From UHGV virus genome UHGV-0225709: 10,210 nt of DNA; one strand, 5' to 3'. This document shows, in pieces, positions 5,454-10,210 of the stretch (positions are counted from its first letter, which is position 1; every line of letters starts with the position of its first letter). The notes below the pieces were generated by a model. That model was not told the DNA's origin and did not search any database. It was given only the letters and a program-made list of their open reading frames with translations. The stretch comes from a virus. The position numbers and the translations under genes are program-made.

Positions 5454-7204
5454 CAGAACTCCATAACCGTGAAACGCTCGTTTTCTCCTTCGCCGCCAAT
5501 TGGTTCGTTAATGACAGCAAGCATGGTTGCCCACGCAAGGTCGCCGTGGCTGATCCCCCTCGCGCGGTCCGTTTCGTAAGTGATAAAGCCGCCCGGTGTT
5601 TTCACCTTACGCACGGCGTTAAAGGCTGCGACCAGCTCGCGTTCGGCGCGATCGTATTCCCACCGCCCGGCACGCATTATTTGCAGCATTTTCAGTACCA
5701 GCGACCGTTTTGATGACAGCGTGAAGGTGTACGGAATAGCAGCAGGGAAAAACCGTTTCACTATCTGATAAACAGCCTCCCCGTTCCCGCCTGTCACATC
5801 AATGCCGATGTGTTCCACGTTGTAGCGACACGTGAACTCTTCAATGACTCTGGCCTGTTCTTCAAACTCCAGCCCCTGAACGCGTCGCGTCTCCACCGTT
5901 CGAAAACGGCCTCCAGGAACAGCCGGAGGAACCACCACGGACACAGCGCCGCTGTCGCCGTTTCCACTGCTGCCGTTTGCGTCATACCCAATCCATACCG
6001 GACGATTCCCCATCGGGCGGGGAGCAAAAGGTTTCCAGTCTTTCCAGTCGTCGTATCCGTCAACACCGCAGCCAATCAGGATATTCAGGTTAAATGCCGA
6101 TTCCCCTTCGCGGACAAACTCACACATATAGAGATTGAGGAACTCATCTTCGGTGTTTTCATCACGAATTTCGTCGATATCGGTGTGTTTCCAGCCGTGA
6201 TTAACCACATCTTCCAGCGTGACAATTTGCCGCCACGTCCGGTCAGGGCAGATAAGCCCGTTATGCAGCGTTTTCCAGTCCACAGAAAAACGCTGGCGTT
6301 TATGCGAGGCCTTTTTCTCGTTCCAGCGGTCGCCGTTCCAGTAGGCGTATGCCTCGTGCGTTTCGGTGGATGGCGTGGAAAAGTAGGTGCGCCGCAGTCC
6401 GCTGAGGGTTGCCATAGCGCCAGCCACCTTGCGCAGTTCAGCAAAGCGACTGACCCAGAAAAATTCATCAAAATAAAAATTGCCCGTATAGGACTGTGCC
6501 GACGCAGCAGAAGTGCCGAGAAAATGCAGCTCTGCGCCGTTGGAGAGGATGATTTTATCGCCCCCTTTCAGCTCCACATCAACTTCAGCCGCGGCCTTCT
6601 GAATAATGCTTTTAAACTGGAACGCCTGACGACGCGACGCAGACAAAAAAATCTGGTTACGCTGGTAAGGTTGCGCCACATCGTCACGCAGCGCCATCAG
6701 CAGAGCTTCCTGTGCAAAATACCAGGTCGCCCCAATCTGTCGGGATTTCAGGATCATCCTGTTACGTATCCCGGCTTCCCTGCAAAGGGTCAGGGTGTCA
6801 AACCAGCCCCGCTGATGCCACTCCAGCCTGCTGATGATTTTTTCCCGCAGTGCGGCAATCTGTTCCGGCGTGAAATGATTTTTGAGTTTTTTCGCCCGGC
6901 CTTTCTTTCCTGCGGCCGTCACATCCGGCTGGCCATCATGCAGCTTTTTAAGCTGCCGGGTCAGCAGGTCTATTTCCTTAAAGTCACCGCCTGTTTTATT
7001 CTGTTTTTCAGTAAGCTGGATGAGGCGCGCATCGATGGACTGCGTGACACGCTGCACGGGTGGCGTTTCATCCCACTGGTCGCGTTTTTTCCACGCATAA
7101 ATCGTGTTCGGGTTTATTCCCATCAGACGTGATATTTCTGCGGGCGGATAACCCTGCCAGTAAAGTTGCCGCGCACGCTGGCGCACAAAAGCGTCCTGAA
7201 TCAT
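5453..7204 (-). CDS. P: Terminase large (ATPase) subunit, P2 gpP-like
   Basis: 583-aa ORF. Contains a P-loop-like KSRQIGAT motif and acidic nuclease-domain-like segments. Length and position match P2 P (about 590 aa). SD agggggag upstream of the ATG (complement of 7202-7204). Confidence 0.85.
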   Translation of the reverse strand: MIQDAFVRQRARQLYWQGYPPAEISRLMGINPNTIYAWKKRDQWDETPPVQRVTQSIDARLIQLTEKQNKTGGDFKEIDLLTRQLKKLHDGQPDVTAAGKKGRAKKLKNHFTPEQIAALREKIISRLEWHQRGWFDTLTLCREAGIRNRMILKSRQIGATWYFAQEALLMALRDDVAQPYQRNQIFLSASRRQAFQFKSIIQKAAAEVDVELKGGDKIILSNGAELHFLGTSAASAQSYTGNFYFDEFFWVSRFAELRKVAGAMATLSGLRRTYFSTPSTETHEAYAYWNGDRWNEKKASHKRQRFSVDWKTLHNGLICPDRTWRQIVTLEDVVNHGWKHTDIDEIRDENTEDEFLNLYMCEFVREGESAFNLNILIGCGVDGYDDWKDWKPFAPRPMGNRPVWIGYDANGSSGNGDSGAVSVVVPPAVPGGRFRTVETRRVQGLEFEEQARVIEEFTCRYNVEHIGIDVTGGNGEAVYQIVKRFFPAAIPYTFTLSSKRSLVLKMLQIMRAGRWEYDRAERELVAAFNAVRKVKTPGGFITYETDRARGISHGDLAWATMLAVINEPIGGEGENERFTVMEF

Positions 7205-7358
7205 TGCTCCCCCTGAGTAATTACAGGAAGATTACCCGCGCGCGAAACCGTTCTCCTTAACCCCCTGTTCTGGCCGTTTTCTTACAACAAAAGCCCTTTG
7301 TATCAGCCTGTTACGCTTTGCCATCATGACTGAAGAACCAGTCAGAGGGGCAAAAACT
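7205..7358. promoter_or_regulatory. Divergent intergenic region between the P-like and O-like genes; expected location of divergent late promoters
   Basis: 154 bp non-coding gap between divergently transcribed packaging/head operons, as in P2 (P_P and P_O). I could not find convincing sigma70 -35/-10 pairs nor an exact TGT-N12-ACA dyad (only TGT-N15-ACA at 7266-7286). An 8 bp palindrome gtaattac lies at 7217-7224. Confidence 0.5.
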
Positions 7359-8195
7359 ATGGCTAATGAAAAAAAGACATCCCGCAAAAAGTTTCGCGTG
7401 GCTGTCTCCGGATCAACTGTTGATGGCCGCGAAATCAGCCCGGTACATCTGCGTGAAGCCGCCGAGAACTTCAACCCGGATGTTTACGCTGCCCGCGTGA
7501 ACGTTGAGCACTATCTCTCGCCATGCCCGTCAAGCGAATTTTCCGCAATGGGCGATGTCACCGCGCTGAGTACGGAAGATATTACGGAAGGCCCGCTGGC
7601 CGGACGTACTGCGCTGTATGCAGAAATCGAACCGACCGAGCGCATGAAGCAGCTTGTCGCTGACGGCAAGAAAATCTATTCCAGTATCGAACTGCACCCG
7701 CAGTTCTCCGTTAACGGGCGCGCCTATCTGGTCGGGCTGGCGATGACCGACACCCCGGCAAGCCTGGGCACTGAGCGCCTGAAATTCACGGCACAGCAGC
7801 GTCAGGCGGTGATGACGTTCAACAGTATTCAGGGTGAAGCACCGCTTATCTCCGAAGCCATCGAGTCTGAAATCATCGAAATGGCAGAACAACGCCAGGA
7901 AGAAGGCACCCAGTGGTTTAACCGCGTAATGGGGATTATTGGTCGTGGCCGCAAAGCGGATGACGCCAGTTTCTCCCGTATTCAGGAAGCGGTGGAAGGC
8001 GTCGCAACGTCACAGGCCGACATTATCGACCGTTTTAATGTGCTGGAAACCCGCCATCAGCAGGACAGCAAGAAAATCACGTCACTGACCACAGAGCTGA
8101 CAGCTCTGACGGAAAAACTGCGCACGCAGGACGGCGATCCGCAGAACCGCTTCACCGCAACGGGCGCAGCCTCCGACCAGCTGGCTGACTTCTGA
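7359..8195 (+). CDS. O: Capsid scaffolding protein, P2 gpO-like
   Basis: ATG 7359 with SD agagggg at 7343-7349 (the track begins at ATG 7326, 11 codons upstream). The segments GSTVDGREISPVHLREAAENFNPDVY and ...GRAYLVGLAMTDTPASLGTERLKF... resemble P2 O as I recall it. Correct size (about 280 aa) and position before the major capsid gene. Confidence 0.8.
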   Translation: MANEKKTSRKKFRVAVSGSTVDGREISPVHLREAAENFNPDVYAARVNVEHYLSPCPSSEFSAMGDVTALSTEDITEGPLAGRTALYAEIEPTERMKQLVADGKKIYSSIELHPQFSVNGRAYLVGLAMTDTPASLGTERLKFTAQQRQAVMTFNSIQGEAPLISEAIESEIIEMAEQRQEEGTQWFNRVMGIIGRGRKADDASFSRIQEAVEGVATSQADIIDRFNVLETRHQQDSKKITSLTTELTALTEKLRTQDGDPQNRFTATGAASDQLADF

Positions 8196-8218
8196 TAAGA
8201 CAAAGGAGCAAATTTTTT

Positions 8219-9271
8219 ATGAATCTGGTGATGTCAGATATTACCCGCAACAAGCTGGGTTGCTATATGGCGCAGCAGGCGTCGCTTAACAATATCCCGG
8301 TATCTGCACTGGTATCGCGATTTACCGTGGAACCCGCGGTGCAGCAGCGTTTTGAAAACGCCTCAAAGGAAAGTACCGAATTTACGAAAAGAATTAACGT
8401 GATCGGCGTGACCGACCAGAAAGGCGAAAAAATCCTCCTGGACACCACCGGGCCAATTGCGCGCACGAATAGCAGTTATGACGGCATCAAACGCCGTAAC
8501 CCGAATAACGTGATCGATATGAACTCTCGTCAGTACCAGTGCGAACAGGTGAACTACGATACCTTTATTTCGTACCCACAGCTTGATACCTGGGCGGCCC
8601 ACAGCGATTTTCAGTCCCGTATCAGTACACAGATCGCCCGGCAGGTAGCGCTTGATCGCATCATGATTGGCTTTAACGGCACATCCCACGCCTACGAGTC
8701 TGATTTTCACACCAACAAGCTGCTTCAGGACGTTAACGTGGGCTGGCTGGAGCACATCAGAACCGATGCCAGCGAGCGCGTAATGAATGACGTGACGCTG
8801 ACCTCCCGCAACATGGACAACACTGTGGCGCACGCGGGTAAGTATGCGAATGCCGATGCTCTGGTACAGGATGCGCGCTCATCCCTGCTGGATGAATGGC
8901 ACAAGGAAGCTGACGACCTTGTGGTGATTATGGGGCGCAACCTGTTTAACTCGCTGCGTCTGCCCGTACTGAACAGCATCAGCGGCCAGAATCCCAATGC
9001 GGAATTACTTGCCGGGCAGCTCATCCTGTCATCGCGCACCATTGGCGGGCTGGGCGTGTTCCTTGCGCCGTTCTTCCCGGATGCAACGATGCTGATCACC
9101 TCGTTCAACAACCTGTCGATTTACTGGCAGAAAGGTTCAATGCGTCGCCTGATGAAAGACGAGCCGGAATACAACCGCATCGCCACCTACCAGTCCATCA
9201 ATGACGCTTATGTCGTTGAAGACTATGGCAAGTGCGCGATGGTCACTGGCTTGAAGTTCGCCGACAGCTAA
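8219..9271 (+). CDS. N: Major capsid protein, P2 gpN-like
   Basis: 350-aa ORF with SD aaaggagc at 8203-8210. The segments ...FTVEPAVQQ..., ...IMIGFNGTSHA..., ...VGWLEHIR..., ...DLVVIMGRNL..., ...MLITSFNNLSIYWQ... and ...YVVEDYGKCAMV... match the P2 N family pattern as I recall it. Confidence 0.85.
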   Translation: MNLVMSDITRNKLGCYMAQQASLNNIPVSALVSRFTVEPAVQQRFENASKESTEFTKRINVIGVTDQKGEKILLDTTGPIARTNSSYDGIKRRNPNNVIDMNSRQYQCEQVNYDTFISYPQLDTWAAHSDFQSRISTQIARQVALDRIMIGFNGTSHAYESDFHTNKLLQDVNVGWLEHIRTDASERVMNDVTLTSRNMDNTVAHAGKYANADALVQDARSSLLDEWHKEADDLVVIMGRNLFNSLRLPVLNSISGQNPNAELLAGQLILSSRTIGGLGVFLAPFFPDATMLITSFNNLSIYWQKGSMRRLMKDEPEYNRIATYQSINDAYVVEDYGKCAMVTGLKFADS

Positions 9272-9316
9272 TCAACTCACGGCGGGCATCATGCCCGCCT
9301 GTAACGGAGAGAAAAA

Positions 9317-10117
9317 ATGATTACTCCTGCACAACAACACTGGCAGAACGTGATGGCACAGCGCGCAGGCCGGGCGAATGAAGGTGTGGACCACGCCGCG
9401 CGTACCGCGCATGAAGAGGTGCTGTATCGTCTGCGTCTGGCACAGGCCAGGCTAAAGGGCGTACAGGCCAGAAGCGCGAAAGCCGCCATCAAAAAAGAGT
9501 TGTTGCCGGATTTTTCCGGCTGGATTGAGGGAACGCTGGAAGCTGACGGCGGGCAGCAGGATGAAGTGATTGCCACGCTGATGGTGTGGGCGATTGACTG
9601 TGGCGATCTTCCGCTTGCGCTGCGTATCGGCGCGTATGTGGTCCATCACAACCTCATCATGCCGGATAACTTTGGCCGTACTGCTGCCACGGTACTGACC
9701 GAAGAAATCTGTAATCCGGTACTGACGCAGGCCGGGACGGATGCCGACGCGGATTTGTCCGCCTTTATCGAACCACTGGACACCCTCCGGGAGATTGTCA
9801 CCGACCAGGACATGCCGGACGAAGTGCGCGCCAAATTATGCAAAGCGTGCGCCTTTGCCCGCCGTGGCCTGACCGATGCGGACAGCATGGCCTCATCACT
9901 GAAGCTGCTGCGCGAAGCAATGCACCTGAACCCGAACGCAGGTGTGAAACGCGAGATTGCAACCCTTTCCCGCGCCCTGAAAAAAGCCGATTCCGCAGCC
10001 GCACCAGAAGATGCCAGCACACCGCAGGCGCAGGACGAAAGCAGCAAAAGTAAAAAGACAACGCGGAAGCCTGCAACACGAAAAACCACCGCGACGCAGA
10101 AGGCGAAGCGCGGTTAA
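9317..10117 (+). CDS. M: Terminase small (endonuclease) subunit, P2 gpM-like
   Basis: 266-aa ORF with SD ggagag at 9305-9310. N-terminus MITPAQQHWQNVMAQRA..., ...KKELLPDFSGWIEG... and a basic K/R-rich C-terminal tail are characteristic of P2 M-type small terminases. Gene order O-N-M. Confidence 0.8.
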   Translation: MITPAQQHWQNVMAQRAGRANEGVDHAARTAHEEVLYRLRLAQARLKGVQARSAKAAIKKELLPDFSGWIEGTLEADGGQQDEVIATLMVWAIDCGDLPLALRIGAYVVHHNLIMPDNFGRTAATVLTEEICNPVLTQAGTDADADLSAFIEPLDTLREIVTDQDMPDEVRAKLCKACAFARRGLTDADSMASSLKLLREAMHLNPNAGVKREIATLSRALKKADSAAAPEDASTPQAQDESSKSKKTTRKPATRKTTATQKAKRG

Positions 10118-10132
10118 CGACTGACCCCGTCA

Positions 10133-10204
10133 GCGGGCGGCGTGCGCGGTGTTCCGGTTTGACTCCGTGACCGTTTACACCGCGCACCCACCGCCCGATT
10201 TTTT
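10133..10204 (+). other. Long imperfect inverted repeat followed by a T6 tract between the M-like gene and the next SD (terminator- or attenuator-like)
   Basis: Left arm gcgggcgg-cgtgcgcggtg (10133-10151) pairs with caccgcgcac (10178-10187) and ccgcccg (10191-10197) across a 3 nt bulge. Loop is about 26 nt. tttttt at 10199-10204, then caggag SD at the window edge. Confidence 0.4.
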
Positions 10205-10210
10205 CAGGAG

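Larger units (their letters stand above)
1..10210. mobile_element. Segment of a P2-like temperate phage/prophage (immunity + replication + cargo + cos region + head/packaging genes)
   Basis: Gene order and orientation match the P2 map around cos: early genes rightward, then cos region, then Q and P leftward and O, N, M rightward. The translated products resemble P2 portal, large terminase, scaffold, major capsid and small terminase. Phage-style overlapping stops/starts are present (ATGA at 673-676 and at 5451-5455). No integrase or att site lies in the window, so integrated versus free state cannot be decided. Confidence 0.85.

Noticed and set aside
5810-7132. 440-aa ORF on the plus strand lying entirely inside the large terminase gene
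   Set aside because: Antisense shadow ORF within a well-supported GC-rich coding region. It has no SD and a low-complexity, Arg/Pro-rich translation, while the minus-strand terminase has clear motifs and operon context.
7205-7358. Search for the P2 Ogr-type late-promoter dyad TGT-N12-ACA
   Set aside because: Only TGT-N15-ACA (7266-7286) and an 8 bp palindrome gtaattac (7217-7224) were found. There is not enough match to call an activator site, so the region is annotated only as a generic divergent late promoter region.
9646-10187. Minus-strand ORFs antisense to the small terminase gene (9646-10089 and 9798-10187)
   Set aside because: Shadow ORFs in GC-rich coding DNA with Ala/Ser/Arg-rich low-complexity products. 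The plus-strand M-like gene has an SD and conserved features.
1-10210. tRNA, rRNA, insertion sequence or integrase/att signatures
   Set aside because: I saw no cloverleaf-compatible segments, no transposase-like ORF and no terminal inverted repeats. The attachment site and integrase of the prophage presumably lie outside this window.

Overview
This window reads as a contiguous piece of a P2-like (Peduovirus-type) temperate phage or prophage, with compact gene spacing and overlapping start/stop codons throughout. From left to right: (i) an immunity switch with a leftward lambda-cI-like, LexA-type repressor (truncated by the window edge), a short operator region, and rightward cro-like and CII-like genes; (ii) a replication initiator gene carrying GTCACG iterons at helical spacing plus an AT-rich tandem repeat inside its own coding sequence; (iii) about 1.7 kb of small genes of unknown function, the distal about 0.8 kb being markedly AT-rich, ending at an intrinsic terminator; (iv) a roughly 450 bp non-coding region with convergent terminators and phased repeats, where cos is expected; (v) the P2-type packaging/head cluster, with portal (Q-like) and large terminase (P-like) leftward and scaffold (O-like), major capsid (N-like) and small terminase (M-like) rightward. 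The best candidate for an undescribed system is the small-gene cargo between the replication gene and cos, the position equivalent to the P2 tin/old locus, a known hotspot for anti-phage and anti-defence genes. The AT-rich distal part holds a chain of translationally coupled small ORFs, including an acidic 70-aa protein, a 45-aa hydrophobic peptide and an 87-aa protein. All homology calls rest on recognising protein motifs and gene order by eye, with no database search run; every coordinate was hand-counted from the printed sequence.
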